Positions 16,249 to 39,787 of a stretch of DNA of 50,999 bases are shown here, piece by piece. The notes under the pieces are model-generated. The model saw nothing but the letters and a program-made list of their open reading frames with translations, searched no databases and was not told the origin of the DNA. The first letter of the stretch is position 1. Each line of letters opens with the position of its first letter. A program made the position numbers and the translations under genes. The stretch lies in assembly GCA_002269645.1 (NCBI GenBank), contig NIVC01004308.1, positions 1 through 50,999 of the forward strand. Direction: 5' to 3'. The DNA is from Macrostomum lignano. Lineage: Eukaryota.

Positions 16249-17823
16249 TTACTGCTGATCGAGCGACATTCGAGTCCGACTGCCGCTCAAACTGCTGTGG
16301 TATTTGGTAGCGCATTTATCGCACTCGTAGATCTTGGTCTTCAGTGACAGGGCCATGAACGGGCAGCTGAACAGGGTCTCGCGGTGGCTTCTGGTCTCTC
16401 GCATGCAGCCTCTGGCGCCATCGCAGCTAGGCTCTAGCTCTCGGGCTCGCTCATCTCTGCCGCACCTGTCCCGCACCCATTGCTGAGCCTTTTGAACTTG
16501 GAGCGGTCTCTCTTCCTGCTCACTTTTTTCGCTGGAGTCGCTGTCGTCTTCGCCGTAGAACGACGTCCACCTGTCCTCATTGTTGCACCGCACCAAGTTG
16601 CGGCTGCTTCGTCTCTGCGACTGCAGCCGTCGAAGTGAGTCGTTGAGCTTCCGATTGAGCAGCACATTGCTCTCCGCGTGATTGCCAGCGTAAATCTTGT
16701 TTGGTTGCTGCTCCTGGATCATTCGTCCATGCTTTTGCTGCTGCAGCAACTGCGGCTTGCAGGCCGTTCTTCTCTGCCGCTGCTGTCTCAACGTAAAGTC
16801 GTATATCTTGCTTTGGTTGGAAATGTTGTCGTTCCAACGCTGCGCTGGGCTGATCGAATCCTCATGCTGCCGCCCTGCGCTGCGACCGCGCCGGTACCTG
16901 TACGGGTTCGAAGTGGGCGACGAATACGCCGGCTGGATTGGCTGCGGCGACATCGAGTCATGTCGGCGACTCCGACGCCTGGTCGACTGCTGGCGGTTCG
17001 AAGAGTTAGCATCGCGCACTGCCAGTTTGATGAGGCGGTCGTAGTCACGTCCATGGTTCCCATTGTCTAGAATCCTTGAGTTGAAGCTGCAATCTGAGCT
17101 CGGGCTGCTTGTCTGGCTGTGTGTCCGAGTGGCTCCGATGTGACCAAGGGACAAGTACTTGCTGCTTCCGTTGCTGTCACTGCAGCTGGAATCGCTGCTG
17201 GCAGATGACTGAAAGCGATAGTGGCCTTTGGGGGCTTGGCCGAATGAAGTTCGGCGCCCAGCGGCAGCTTGGTAGCGGCTGCAATGGCTCGCCGTGGTCG
17301 AGGTTGCGCGAGTTCTCAACGGCATAATAGGAACTAGTCGGCTGCATAAACCAAACACCACCGACTTCTTACATTTGTATTTTTGAATTTCGATTGTAAC
17401 CTCGGGTTTCTGTAGTTTTCGTAGCTTAAATTTTTCGTGGGCCATAGACTCGTACAAGTGCTTCCTCTGTTTCGTAGTTGGCAAGCACGAAACAGAATCG
17501 TTAATTAATCGTATATATTAAGACGCAGAGGGGAGAACCCTTGCGCGCACGCGATCGCAGAACAGGCGGGAGGGGCAGGCAGCAGCAGCCTGAGGGGTCA
17601 GGTCAAGCGCCTGCAAGTCAGCGATGAGGCAGTCCGTTAGAGTGGCAGTGTGGGCCTGGCCGCGGCGCAATTGCTCGGTCGGCCGGTGCAGCATGGCCAG
17701 GGCCAGAGGGACGGGCCTACCGCGACCCAGGTCCGTAGGCAGTGGCCCAGCAGCATCTGGCGGCGCCGGCGCAGGGTAGCGCTCAGGGGCGGAGTTCCAG
17801 CGCGCCACCACTAGAATCACCAT
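16249..17823 (-). CDS. Probable host gene, low-complexity Ser/Arg/Gln-rich product (exon near 17518..17823 plus long exon in 16249..17484); product unknown
   Basis: GC-rich coding-like ORFs; no recognisable domain. Confidence 0.3.
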
Positions 17824-19950
17824 GGATTCTAGTAAATATTTTCAACCGCGTTAATCCCAAACATACATTGAACCAACCAAAACAAAGAGACTAAAACTAA
17901 CGTATGGCCGATGACTCGACAGGATGGAGTCTAGTTGTGACTAGTTGTGAGCCGCACAGTTCACTGTTGAAGAACGCAATAAGCAGTTTTTCCTCTCTTT
18001 CTGCAGTTCTTTTAGCAACTCCTGTATTGCCTACAGACAAGCTGCTCTTTCTTGCTTAACGAGTATTTACAGCTGTCAGATAATCTCAGTTCGCGATACC
18101 GATATTGGATGCTTAAGACCTGGACGGGTTCCAACGCAACAACATCTTCAGCAACGTATGGCTTTTGTTCTGCATCAGTAGATGCGCTTGCCACCTACTG
18201 CCATACCACATCCAACTAAATTCTGTCGGGTTTACTGGTCTATCGCCAACTACGGTATAGAAGAGGTTTGTTAAGTACAGCGACAGTGCAGTTTTACACT
18301 TAGTTTAAGTATAGTTTGCAAGGACTAGTAACATGCACGTCTTTACTAAATTGTAATTTAATTAATTCTTGCGTGATACGAGCCCTACGGGCCTAATTCG
18401 TGAAACATATGTTTGCACTGTTGACGACTGTACTCAATTAAGAAAAGAGGAAAAACAAAAACAGAAGTTATTTTATCAAGCAGTTTATAAGCACGGAACC
18501 GTTAGTCAGTCCTGAAAGCAAAAACAAAAAGCAGCGGCGATAGCGCAAGTGTACTGTGTTTATTTACATTTCCAATTTTTTTCAAACGCATTTTTAACAG
18601 ACTCCTGTTTGGCGAATAATCAATTACGTACATTACGACATTTGAAAGCTTTTTGACTCATACGGGTATTTCATAACCGAACAAGAGAAGAAACAGCGGA
18701 CTCGCTATAATGAGATGCTGACTGCGTTTGTGGAGTGCCAGTTTTGCGACGCAAGCAAATGTGGCATTGGGTGAATTGCTGAGTTAAAGAGGGGCCAGTC
18801 GTGACTTCTGGCATTGGAGCACAACACTTATTTAAGTTACAGTATATACATCTAGAATTGCAAAGTAATTTCGACTATTGTTACTTAGTAAGTAGTATAA
18901 AAATCGATAAGATTATCATTTTTAAATCAGCGGTATCCATGTGTGAATGCATGCAACTACAGCGTATTATATATGCATAATGGTCTGCTATGGTGCACTA
19001 CAAGAGAGCTGTGATTTGTGTGTGCGTGCTCTGCTGATTGCGGTCTCGCACAGTTGCCAAGGAGGCAGTCATTTACGAGTGCGAGTATTTTCTAGAACTG
19101 AGCCAATTCGGATACTTTAGTAGAAACGAAGGCTACTCCTAATAACGGAAGTTGATGAGAACTTCAGTGGAGACGGCAGTCAGGGGGACGCTTCGGACGT
19201 CAATAAATACAGACCGACCAACCAGCGTTTCCACCGCTATTGCTTGTCCCACCTGTGCGGAGACGGCGGCATCTCGCTGGCTTGCGCAACCGAGGATCTG
19301 CGGGATGGTGCAAAGGTCGTGGTTTAAGTGCGGGCGATGCTAGCGAAACAGAGAAATTTGCCGCAGAAACGAGTAATGGTGAAACGCTAAACGACACAAT
19401 CCCTGCCTCTGCAGTGGTATTGAGGCCTTAAAAATTTTGAACCGTCAGGGAGTGCAACCGCTTTAAATGCCTCGACGCAATAAAAAGACTACCAAAAGGC
19501 ATAGGAAACAGACTCATTACAGGACTCTAAGAGTGCATGCAGAGACCAACTGAAGGCTTCATTCCGATTGGTTATGAAAACCCATCTAACCGTACTCCTG
19601 GACACTCTAAAACACGAAATGAAGTTATTAATGCAAACAACACCCCCGATGTTTTATCCCGTACGCGGCCAAATCAATTCTAGTCTCTTGCACGAAAATT
19701 GGCCTGGGGCTTGTTGTATGATTCGTGACCGTGAGGGGCCAACCCCGAAGGCGGAGTGCGCACAGTACATGTCTGCCGACGCGGAAGTCAGGGCCACTGC
19801 ACATCTGCGTGCTCGTACATATCCGCGTGTGAGTGCCTGGGGGTCTTCAGAAGATCAGGCATGACTACATGCTGACTGACTGCAGGTCACCTATAGCCCA
19901 AAATCCCCCTGCAAACTGCATGACTACCATTGGAAACGTAGCAAAAGCAC

Positions 19951-27003
<7,053 letters not shown>

Positions 27004-27734
27004 GGTTCACTGTTTAGTTATAATGAGACTATTTGATACAACAGCCCAGATATCTTTTTGCGCTCTATATCTATATTGTATCTCTGCGTATTTTTCCTGG
27101 CTTTTTATTTAGCAAAAGAAGAAGAAAGCCGAGACTAGGAGAGGGGGGAGTCGATTCATTTTGAGAGCTGGGGCAGAGAGGAGAGAGAGCTGACGGAATT
27201 CTGGTTGGCTGGTGAATGCGTTCACTGACTGGGGTTGCTGGAAGGTCAGGCCAGAGCTCCACGAGGCCAACAGAGGGGGGAGGCCGCTGGACTCGCTGTT
27301 TGGGTTGGCTGGGGTGCTGGAGGCGGCAACTGACTAACAACCCCTCCCCAGCCGCTCCCTCGGTCTTCATGTACATTTGGCCCCGCCAGTGTGTGTTGTG
27401 TAATGCATGGGCCGGTCTGCCGTTGGAGGAGGAAACGGGGGGGTCGACCAGACGGAACCCGAGCTTTCCATATAGCTAAGCTAATGGCATGGCATGCTGG
27501 CTCTCGTGCCTGAATCGATTCGATATTCCCCCTAGCGTGTCCTGTCTGCCCGGTTCACAAGCAATCCCAAATCCCTGTCAGTTAAATTTTAGTGGCTCTT
27601 GCCTACGCTACTGGCGTTTCCTCTCCTATGCCAGGAATGCCTGAATGAAAATTGCTTTCGTGAATGAGCCAAGTAGCGGGCTGTCAGGTGATCATCAGCT
27701 GATCGCCACGTAACGCGACCCGTCCACATGATGC

Positions 27735-28060
27735 TGCCAAGGACTACTCAAGTAGAAGGACTGGAAACAACGTTTCTTAGAAAATGCTTATGAGGCTGGT
27801 TTTCGCAGAAAAATACACTACGGAGATAGGAAGTTTTCACTTTTTTTCAGCACAAAAATTGTTATTGCTTTCGATAGGAGGCAGACCCAATGTTCGTCTT
27901 TTGATATGTTGTGCCTTTCTTATAGCTCTATTGATATTCATAAAGCTTTTCGTTTAGAAAATTAGGATTCTATGTTAACTTTTTATTCTACGTACAATAG
28001 CACATCTCCTGTGCTTAAAAACCACTAAAATGGCGGGGCTCTATTTTATCATTCTTAGCT
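27735..28060. repeat. Dispersed ~300-bp repeat, also at ~33920-34690 (interrupted) and inverted at ~35160-35395
   Basis: Shared GGAGATAGGA.GTTTTCA...CAGCAC.AAAATTGTT...GACCCAATGTT...TTTAGAAAATTAGGATTCT; CCAAGGACTACTCAAGTAGA shared with the reverse complement at 35365-35390. Confidence 0.7.
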
Positions 28061-28656
28061 GACTGTGTAACAATATGTGTCAACAAAGATGATAAAAAAG
28101 ATTCATAAAACCATTTTCTTCAGTCCTTGGATGCTGCAAAATGGGTGACCTAAAACTTGAAATTAGAAATTTCACATGTAAACTTGTACCGTCTACCGTC
28201 CGTCTATCTATTGAATAGTTTACAATGATGGGCATCAGGAACGCAAGGACCACCAAAACACAACACACAAGGATTGCTAGGGACACAAGGACCCCTAAGA
28301 ACACAAAGATTGCTAGAGATGCAAGACCGCTAAAACGCAAGGATTGCTAGGCTCAAGGACCGCTAAGAACTAGATGATTATGTGAAACACAATCACAAGA
28401 ATATACAAGTATTCGCAAGAACTTCAAGAAGAGCGCCAGGAGTCAATGAGCAAGAGATCAGTTAAATTTCAGTATTTTAATATTAGCTACCTTATTTAAT
28501 TCTAAGTGCATAAAATTGGTTGTTAAGCGTTTAATAAGGCCATTAACTGTACAAGACCTTTTTTAGCTTCGTGTAATTGGTTAATTCAAGTTTCCTTTGT
28601 TCAAAATACTATTCACAGTTCTCCTGACATAGAAAAAGTTATAGTGCATGGCTGTG

Positions 28657-29362
28657 TTGGTAGGAAACAGGGAGTGACCTACCGGTGTATGGTGGCGTTG
28701 GTAGGAAACAGGGAGTGACCTACCGGTGTATGGTGGCGTTGGTAGCAAACAGGGAGTGACCTACCGGTGTATGGTGGCGTTGGTAGCAAACAGGGAGTGA
28801 CCTACCGGTGTATGGTGGCGTTGGTAGGAAACAAGGAGTGACCTACCGGTGTATGGTGGCGTTGGTAGGAAACAAGGAGTGACCTACCGGTGTATGGTGG
28901 CGTTGGTAGGAAACAAGGAGTGACCTACTGGTGTATGGTGGCGTTGGTAGGAAACAGGGAGTGACCTACCGCTGTATGGTGGAGTTGGTAGGAAACAGGG
29001 AGTGACCTACCGGTGTATGGTGGCGTTGGTAGGAAACAAGGAGTGACATACCGGTGTATGGTGGCGTTGGTAGGAAACAAGGAGTGACCTACCGGTGTAT
29101 GGTGGCGTTGGTAGGAAACAGGGAGTGACCTACCGGTGTATGGTGGCGTTGGTAGGAAACAGGGAGTGACCTACCGCTGTATGGTGGCGTTGGTAGGAAA
29201 CAAGGAGTGACCTACCGGTGTATGGTGGCGTTGGTAGGAAACAGGGAGTGACCTACCGGTGTATGGTGGCGTTGGTAGGAAACAGGGAGTGACCTACCGC
29301 TGTATGGTGGCGTTGGTAGGAAACAGGGAGTGACCTACCGGTGTATGGTGGCGTTGGTAGGA
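28657..29362. repeat. 41-bp minisatellite (GGTAGGAAACAGGGAGTGACCTACCGGTGTATGGTGGCGTT, ~17 copies)
   Basis: Head-to-tail units without spacers. Confidence 0.92.
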
Positions 29363-29745
29363 ATTAGGGACCACCCTGTGCAAGTGTTTTGGGATAACAG
29401 AAAACCATGATTAAACCACTTAATAGGCTTTTTCTCAGAAAAAAACATGATTGGCAATAAAACAACAGCGAGTGTTCCATACTACTATCTAAGCGCGAAA
29501 AAAGTAGTCAGACGAGAATGTGCAGCGTCAAGAAACAACTAACAATAGTAAATTCCTATTTTTGATTGTGTATGAGAAAAAGCATAGCGATGACGGCACT
29601 ATAAAGTACAAATAATAAGACGCAGGCTCCGGGCTCAGTTACCAAGTGAAAATCAACGATTTGGCGGCTCTCTATGATGCCGAATTCGAAGCATCTTGAA
29701 TCACTGGTTGAAGACATTGGAGTTTCACTGACGGGTGAGTCTGGC

Positions 29746-32675
<2,930 letters not shown>

Positions 32676-32680
<5 letters not shown>

Positions 32681-33130
32681 TGCTGTGACAGATGAGAATG
32701 GGTACTGTGACAGATGAGAATGGGTACTGTGACAGATGAGAATGGGTACTGTGACAGATGAGAATGGGTACTGTGACAGATGAGAATGGGTACTGTGACA
32801 GATGAGAATGGGTACTGTGACAGTTGAGAATGGGTACTGTGACAGTTGAGAATGGCTACTGTGACAGATGAGAATGGGTACTGTGACAGTTGAGAATGGG
32901 TACTGTGACAGATGAGAATGGGTACTGTGACAGATGAGAATGGGTACTGTGACAGATGAGAATGGGTACTGTGACAGATGAGAATGGGTACTGTGACAAA
33001 TGAGAATGGGTACTGTGACAAATGAGTATGGATACTGTGACAAATGAGAATGGGTACTGTGACAAATGAGAATGTCCAGTGTGAACGATGAGAATGTCCA
33101 GTGTGAACGATGAGAATGTCCAGTGTGAAC
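32676..33130. repeat. 22-bp minisatellite (TGAGAATGGGTACTGTGACAGA)
   Basis: Tandem units. Confidence 0.92.
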
Positions 33131-33964
33131 GACGAAAGCAGAAGCTGTCAGCCATAAAACAACTTAGGCCCAGGGTTATCGAGTATACTTCAACGGGTTT
33201 AAAAAGATAATGGATTATTCTGAGAAACCCTCACAGAAACGACCGGATGTCAAAGCACAGAGCACAGTTGCTTCCAAGCGTTACAGATGAAGCCTCTCTC
33301 TGTAGAGAGTTTGGAACAACCTTGCGTATTTCTTACCGAGAGCTTTGTGAGCCAGACCTCAGCCTCCCACTTGCAGGTAGCCAAGGTGTGGGTTTCTCAG
33401 CCTTTCAAGAACCCACACAGCCTACACGTTGCTAATGCCTTCCCTTTACTATTTTATGCGCTTGCAATTATAACAGGGAGAAGGGATGGAGAATGGGGGA
33501 TGAGGCCTGGAGCGGAGGCTGGGAGAGAAGAGTGAATGAGGCGCTTATAGATTGGAAAGGTAGAGACATGCGGAGAGGAGGGGGAGCTCAGAATGGCGAG
33601 AACGTCCGACTCATTCTTCACCGCGGGTGAACCGCCATGCCCTCCCCGCCCTCAGTGCTCTGCAACTGGAAATCTCCCCACTCCGCTCTTGTCCAAAAGA
33701 AGAAGTTTGGCGCCGCTCTGATCGTCAGCCGCCAAATTTAGATCAGCCAGCCCTCTATAGTGTTTTGTTTCTGACCGTTGCAGCGACTTGCACGGGGATT
33801 GTAGGGGTTGGGGACGGATTCTAGCTGAGCTGCCATATCTTCCCCTTGAGCCAACTGGGCTACTTCCCGTGGCCTAGTATTGAATTTGCACTATTCAATA
33901 ACAGAGCTGTTGCCTTTGCAGAAGTTTTAGGCGGCCGGTTTTACCGAAGAAATACATTTATGGA

Positions 33965-34428
33965 GGGTGGGTTTCACAAACGCGAAATTTCATAACCGCT
34001 AAAAGCACTTGCTTTCATAAACGCGAAACTTCACAAACGCGAAACTTCACAACCGCTAACTTTTTTGCAGTCACTTTCATGAACGCGAAACTTCACAACC
34101 GCGAAACTTCACAACCGCTAAATCACCTACTTTCATAAGCGCTAAATTTCATAAACGCGAAACTTCACAACCGCGAAACTTCACAAACGCGAAACTTCAC
34201 AACCGCTAAATGTCATCTACTTTCACAAACGCGAAACTTCACAACCGCTAAATGTCATCTACTTTCACAACCGCGAAACTTCACAACCGCTAAAAATTTT
34301 GCACATACTTTCAAATACTGCAGTCTTTTTAGCGGTTGTGAAGTTTCGCGTTTATGAAAGTGACTGCAAAAAAATCAGCGGTTGTGAAGTTTCGCGGTTG
34401 TGAAATTTCGCGTTTGTGAAAGCAACCC
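33965..34428. mobile_element. Non-autonomous foldback/MITE-like DNA transposon with internally repetitive arms
   Basis: ~35-bp TIR GGGT(G/T)G(G/C)TTTCACAAACGCGAAATTTCA; AACCGCGAAACTTCAC subrepeats on both arms; imperfect 8-bp TSD TTTATGGA/TCTTTGGA. Confidence 0.7.
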
Positions 34429-34754
34429 TCTTTGGAGATAGGAGGTTTTCATTTTTCAGCACCAAAATTGTTTTTGCTTTTGATAGTTCAAGGCGGACCC
34501 AATGTTAATCTTTTAAAATGTCTTGCCTTTGTTATAGTTATATTGATTTTCATAAAGCTATTTGTTTAGAAAATTAGGATTCTATGTTAATTTTACATCC
34601 TACGCACATGTCTTGTGTCTGAAAATCATAAAGAATGGCGCAACTCAACTCATTGGTTATATTATATAGGAATCTATTTTATCATTCTGTTACACATCTT
34701 GTTACACAGTCATTAAGCTAAGAATGATGAAATTTATTCATAAAACCAATGAGC

Positions 34755-35060
34755 CCAGCTTGACATCTCAGAATTGCTGAGCTGTCAAGGCTTACGGGGG
34801 GAATTGTTGAGCTGTCAGGGCTTACGGGGGGAATTACTGAGAGGTCAAGGCTTACGGGGGGAATTGCTGAGATGTCAGGGGGAATCGCTGAGATGTCAAG
34901 GCTTACGGGGGGAATTGCTGAGATGTCAGGGGGAATCACTGAGATGTCAAGGCTTACGGGGGGAATTGCTGAGATGTCAGGGAGAATCGCTGAGATGTCA
35001 AGGCTTACGGGGGGAATTGCTGAGATGTCAAGGCTTACTGGGTGAATTGCTGAGATGTGG
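34755..35060. repeat. 30/20-bp compound minisatellite (GAGATGTCAAGGCTTACGGGGGGAATTGCT)
   Basis: Tandem units. Confidence 0.85.
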
Positions 35061-36814
35061 AGGCTGAGGTCAGAAGCTTATTCTGACCTTATTTGAATAA
35101 ACACGTAGTTTATTCAAAAAAATTTATTCCATCTTTGTTGACTACCTAACGGGAGGGCGCAGATTCCTAGCAGAATCCTAATTTTCTAAACGAAAAGCTT
35201 TATTAATATCCATAGAGCTATAACAAAGGCAAGCCATATCAAAAGATGAACACTGGGTCTGTCTCCTATTTGTGCTAAAAATGAAACCTAGTATTTCCTT
35301 AATGTACTTTTACGGTAAAACCTGCCTGCTTAAAATTTCCCAAGAAACGTATTTTCCCGTCCATCTACTTGAGTAGTCCTTGGTTGCAGGCTGCCCAGGA
35401 GGAAGTGAAAGACTGTAGAAGCAAGTGATTGGCAGGGATATTCAGTTCAAAAACTAGCAATAGAAACAAGTAGTCTCTGTGTTCGTGTATGCTCAAGGCA
35501 AGACTTTTGAGAGGATGTATCGAGTTGCCAGGCACAGGTGAAATCTAGTTTTGTCCAATTCAAAACTCTCACAGGCATGATTCGCCACAGTCAGGCTGTC
35601 CCGAGCTCTCGAATATCGCGCTTCTGGTCTCGACTGGTCTTCTGATCGGTAGGGTCGCCTGGGAGCAGCTGATTTCCGAATTCGCTTTCCAACCGCATGC
35701 GCAGTGCGGCTCTCAGCTGCCTCCGTTCGCCCAATTGCTCTGCTGACTAGAGGGGGGAGGCCTGTGCTTTGCTATTCTTTCGCTTGGCTTCACATTTTTG
35801 TAGTGTGGATTTGACTGTCGGGCAGCTGCCCCAGCCCCTCCTGGCCCCATGTGCGCGTCTGTGCAGCTTGGGGCGGGAAGGCGAGTTCTTTATGCCCTGG
35901 CAGCTCTGCTCCCGCGGATTGGGCCGCGCGCCGCTCCGTGGATTAAGGCCAGCAGCCCCGGTCCTTGTTCCCTCACCCCTTCTTGTTCCAATTTCCGTGG
36001 GAACCCCGGCCCGGCCTTATGACTCACGGCTGCAGCCCCCCCCCCCCGAGCCCCACCCCTCACCGGCGGCTTGGGCGAATATGGGCATGGCGGCTGCAGG
36101 GATTTAGCGCGATGCGAGGAGTGGAGGGGAAAGGGGAGAGGAAACAAAACTAACTGGGAAGCAGGAGAATAATGATAATCATATTTGGCCAGCGGATCCG
36201 AAATTGGCTCAATCTATCCCCTCTCTCTCCGATCACTCTGTGTCGAATAGCTTTGTGACAGCACAAAAATAGGAGATTTATCCCACAACCCGCCCCAATT
36301 ATAAAATTGATTCGCAACTTTGAGCAGGTTGTCGGAGTATGGACTGGGGGCATGTTGCGGAACCAGCTTTGATTAATCAGATTATCTATCTATCTATCAA
36401 TCTATCTATCTATCTATCTATCATCGCAAAATGGTTGACATGCTACAGTCAGTCAGCTTACTGCTGGCCTCATTGCTGTCACCCCTGGGAGGAAGTACAT
36501 GATCGGGCAGCTGACTGATAAAGTAAAGTTGTGGCTTGCTACCTGAAAGTGTCAATCAAGCATCAAGCATATATTAGAAAAGCGAATGAGTCATCGCGGA
36601 GAGGCCTCCGTGCACTGGGATTTCGCCTCATTATCCTCAAGAAGTGTGCACAATCATGGCTGATAGTGGGGCCGGCTGTGTCACAGAAAGAGAAAGGAAG
36701 GCGCACATTCTTATTAGAGGGCCTGTGCTTCTGTCTAGGCTGTAGCTAATTAGTGGCATCGGTAGAATTCAGGGCAAGGGCAGAATCTTTTTTAGTTTTG
36801 TTGCTTCTACAGGC

Positions 36815-37110
36815 ACTGGATAGATTCCGATTCTCTACAGTCTATTGGATAGATTAGCAGTCCATTCCGATTCTCTACAGTCTATTGGATAGATTAGCAA
36901 TCCATTCCGATTCTCTACAGTCTATTGGATAGATTAGCAATCCATTCCGATTCTCTACAGTCTATTGGATAGATTAGCAATCCATTCCGATTCTCTACAG
37001 TCTATTGGATAGATTAGCAATCCATTCCAACTCTCTACAGTCTATTGGATAGATTAGCAATCCTTTCTAATTCTCTACAGTCTATTGGATAGATTAGCAA
37101 TCCATTCCAC
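36815..37110. repeat. 40-bp minisatellite (TCCATTCCGATTCTCTACAGTCTATTGGATAGATTAGCAA)
   Basis: About 7 tandem units. Confidence 0.9.
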
Positions 37111-37519
37111 CTTAAACACTGTGGGTTTGCTGTGTACAATTATTAGCCTTGGCTAAGATGATCCCCAATGCTATCTACCGGTCTGTCTAAGTGAAATACC
37201 TTCGCGTACTCCTGCTGCCGTATTGCAGAGAAAAGATCGGCTAGGGGTTGGAGAGAGGCGGCAGCGTGCGCGCCAAGTTCAAGGATCAGCCCAGCTTACG
37301 CGCATTCCTCCATTCCACTTTGTCAGGTCTGGTAAGTAAAATGCGCATTGGTACAGTTGATCCGAAGGCCGAGGCGCCCCTGTAGACACAAGACCAGACT
37401 ATATGCAGACTGTTTGCATGACATTTCTTGTAATTTTGGCTGCGGCTCTGGCTCTGACATTAAATTGAAGTGGGGATAAACCAAAATAAATCTGGGTGGA
37501 GTGACTGTAAAAGCTAGTT

Positions 37520-37825
37520 CAACTATTCTCATGTTTGACTAACCGATTCTCATAGTTGACTATTGATTTTTCATGTTTGACTAACCTATTCTCATAGTTG
37601 ACTATTGATTTCTCATGTTTGACTAACCGATTCTCATAGTTGACTATTGATTTCTCATGTTTGACTAACCGATTCTCATAGTTGATTATTGATTTCTCAT
37701 GTTTGACTAACCGATTCTCATAGTTGACTATTGATTTCTCATGTTTGACTAACCGATTCTCATAGTTGATTATTGATTTCTCATACTTGACTAACCGATT
37801 GTCATAGTTGACTAATCGATTTCTC
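37520..37825. repeat. 42-bp (2x21) minisatellite
   Basis: Tandem units; explains spurious IVNYENRLVKHEKS ORF. Confidence 0.88.
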
Positions 37826-38134
37826 ATATGATTTTTCAGCTGTTATATCAGCTGTTAACATCAAAAGACTCGGAAATCAGTTGTGTCAGAAAGAGCCGCG
37901 TGTTGGGATAGGTCTCCCAGTAGTATATTTATTTATTTGATTACTTTCGCCAGACAAAACAAGCATGCGGAAGCGGGCTAAAGCGGTGCATTGAAGAAGA
38001 AAAGCAGTTTCTATTATTTTAATTTTAATTGTCGCTTTAAGCAAGTAACTCATTTCACACGTGAATAAATTCGTTATTTCGAGTAGATAAATATCGAGTC
38101 TTAGAGAGGTGACAATGAGAGTTGCTGGATGGTG

Positions 38135-38314
38135 CTAATCCTCATCCGCTGCATCTTGAGTCTCCAACTCCGCCAGGCACTCCTTGATGGCTCGCATCGC
38201 GCCTGTCAGAAATCAATTGGCAAGTTGATCAATTCTTACTCAGTAATCTGCATGCACACCTCATAGATGTACTTAAAATTGACAGAGCACCTCAGACAGC
38301 TGAGTCAGTAAAGC

Positions 38315-38397
<83 letters not shown>

Positions 38398-39131
38398 GAT
38401 AGATAGACTAGTGTGCGGATAGATAGACTAGTGTGTGAATAGATGGACTAGTGCGTGAATAGATAGACTAGTGTGTGAATAGATGGACTAGTGTTCGTGG
38501 ATAGATAGACTAGTGTGTGAATAGATGGACTAGTGTTCGTGAATAGATGGACTAGTGTGTGAATAGATGGACTAGTGTTCGTGAATAGATGGACTAGTGT
38601 GTGAATAGATGGACTAGTGTTCGTGGATAGATAGACTAGTGTGTGAATAAATGGACTAGTGTGTGAATAGATGGACTAGTGTTCGTGAATAGATAGACTA
38701 GTGCGTGAATAGATGGACTAGTGTTCGTGAATAGATGGACTAGTGTGTGAATAGATGGACTAGTGTGTGAATAGATAGACTAGTGTGTGAATAGATGGAC
38801 TAGTGTGCGTGAATAGATAGACTAGTGTGTGAATAGATAGACTAGTGTGCGTGAATAGATGGACTAGTGTGCGTGAATAGATGGACTAGTGTGTGAATAG
38901 ATGGACTAGTGTACGTGAATAGATGGACTAGTGTGCGTGAATGGATAGACGAGTGTGCAGTGAGCTCTCAAATACCAGTACGTAGATCTTGGATAATAAA
39001 AGAGGTTCTCACCCGGAGAGTGCCGGAAGTAGGTCACGCAGGCCTGGGAGACGCTGTTCCGGCTTAACTCATCCGGGATCTCGCTGAGACGATTGAGCCT
39101 CAGGTTAAAGAAGTCCCGCTTAGTGTGCATG
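38135..39131 (-). CDS. 3' end of an unidentified host gene: exon 39131-39013 (cut by Polinton copy 2) and last exon 38202-38135
   Basis: G|GTGAG donor at 39012 and CAG|GC acceptor at 38203 are phase-matched, giving ...TYFRHSPGAMRAIKECLAELETQDAADED*. Confidence 0.65.
38318..38950. repeat. (CT)n(GT)n microsatellite followed by 20-24-bp minisatellite (GGACTAGTGTGTGAATAGAT) in host intron
   Basis: Direct. Confidence 0.9.
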
Positions 39132-39456
39132 AGTAGTATAGAAAAAGACGCTTCTAGACCCAGAGCACTTTTTTAATGACCGTTTTAAGGGTCTAGAGGG
39201 GGGACACGGGGGGTAAATAAAAAAACACATCTAAACACCCTTAACACATCTAATCACCCATAATCGCCCCTGACAATAAAAATCACTTCCCAACACTTCC
39301 AAACACTCCCCAACACCCCCCTCGCGTCCCCCCTCTTAAGACCTTACAAACGGCCATTAAAATAAGGTCTGATCTAGAAGCGTCTTTTTCTATACTACTA
39401 CTCTATAACCCCTTGCCCGCGCCGCAGGCGCGAAGGGTCTTTTTCTGTTACTAAAA

Positions 39457-39771
39457 ATGACCCGAGTTTACACCTTTTCTGTTAGTGATACTTTTGAGAC
39501 TGTTGCTAAAAATGCAGAGATAATAAAACAACATATTTTGAATGGAATAATTGATGAAGTTTATTTAAAATATGACGACAAGCACGACCTAAAACTTTAT
39601 CCATTAGAGCTAGATGAGATGTATGATTTAGAACAAGAGGGTGAGTTAATATTTCAACTTGGAGATTATTTAAATTCGGATGATTGGGAGGTTAGATCAA
39701 CAGATTCCGAATCAACAAATAGTTCATATGAAACCAGCGATTCAGAGAATGAAAGTGAAATTTTTATGTGA
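39457..39771 (+). CDS. Acidic terminal viral protein (copy 2)
   Basis: Homologue of 13004..13318. Confidence 0.65.
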   Translation: MTRVYTFSVSDTFETVAKNAEIIKQHILNGIIDEVYLKYDDKHDLKLYPLELDEMYDLEQEGELIFQLGDYLNSDDWEVRSTDSESTNSSYETSDSENESEIFM

Positions 39772-39787
39772 AAAAAATATTTAAAAA

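Noticed and set aside
19080-19450. GC-richer stretch with short ORFs as a possible exon
   Set aside because: No recognisable domain or consistent splice partners; cannot be supported
28657-29362. 41-bp repeat with internal palindrome as a CRISPR array
   Set aside because: Units are head-to-tail with no unique spacers, there are no cas genes, and the context is eukaryotic
37519-37827. Coiled-coil repeat ORF IVNYENRLVKHEKS
   Set aside because: 42-bp tandem repeat lacking stops by chance; no splice or homology support
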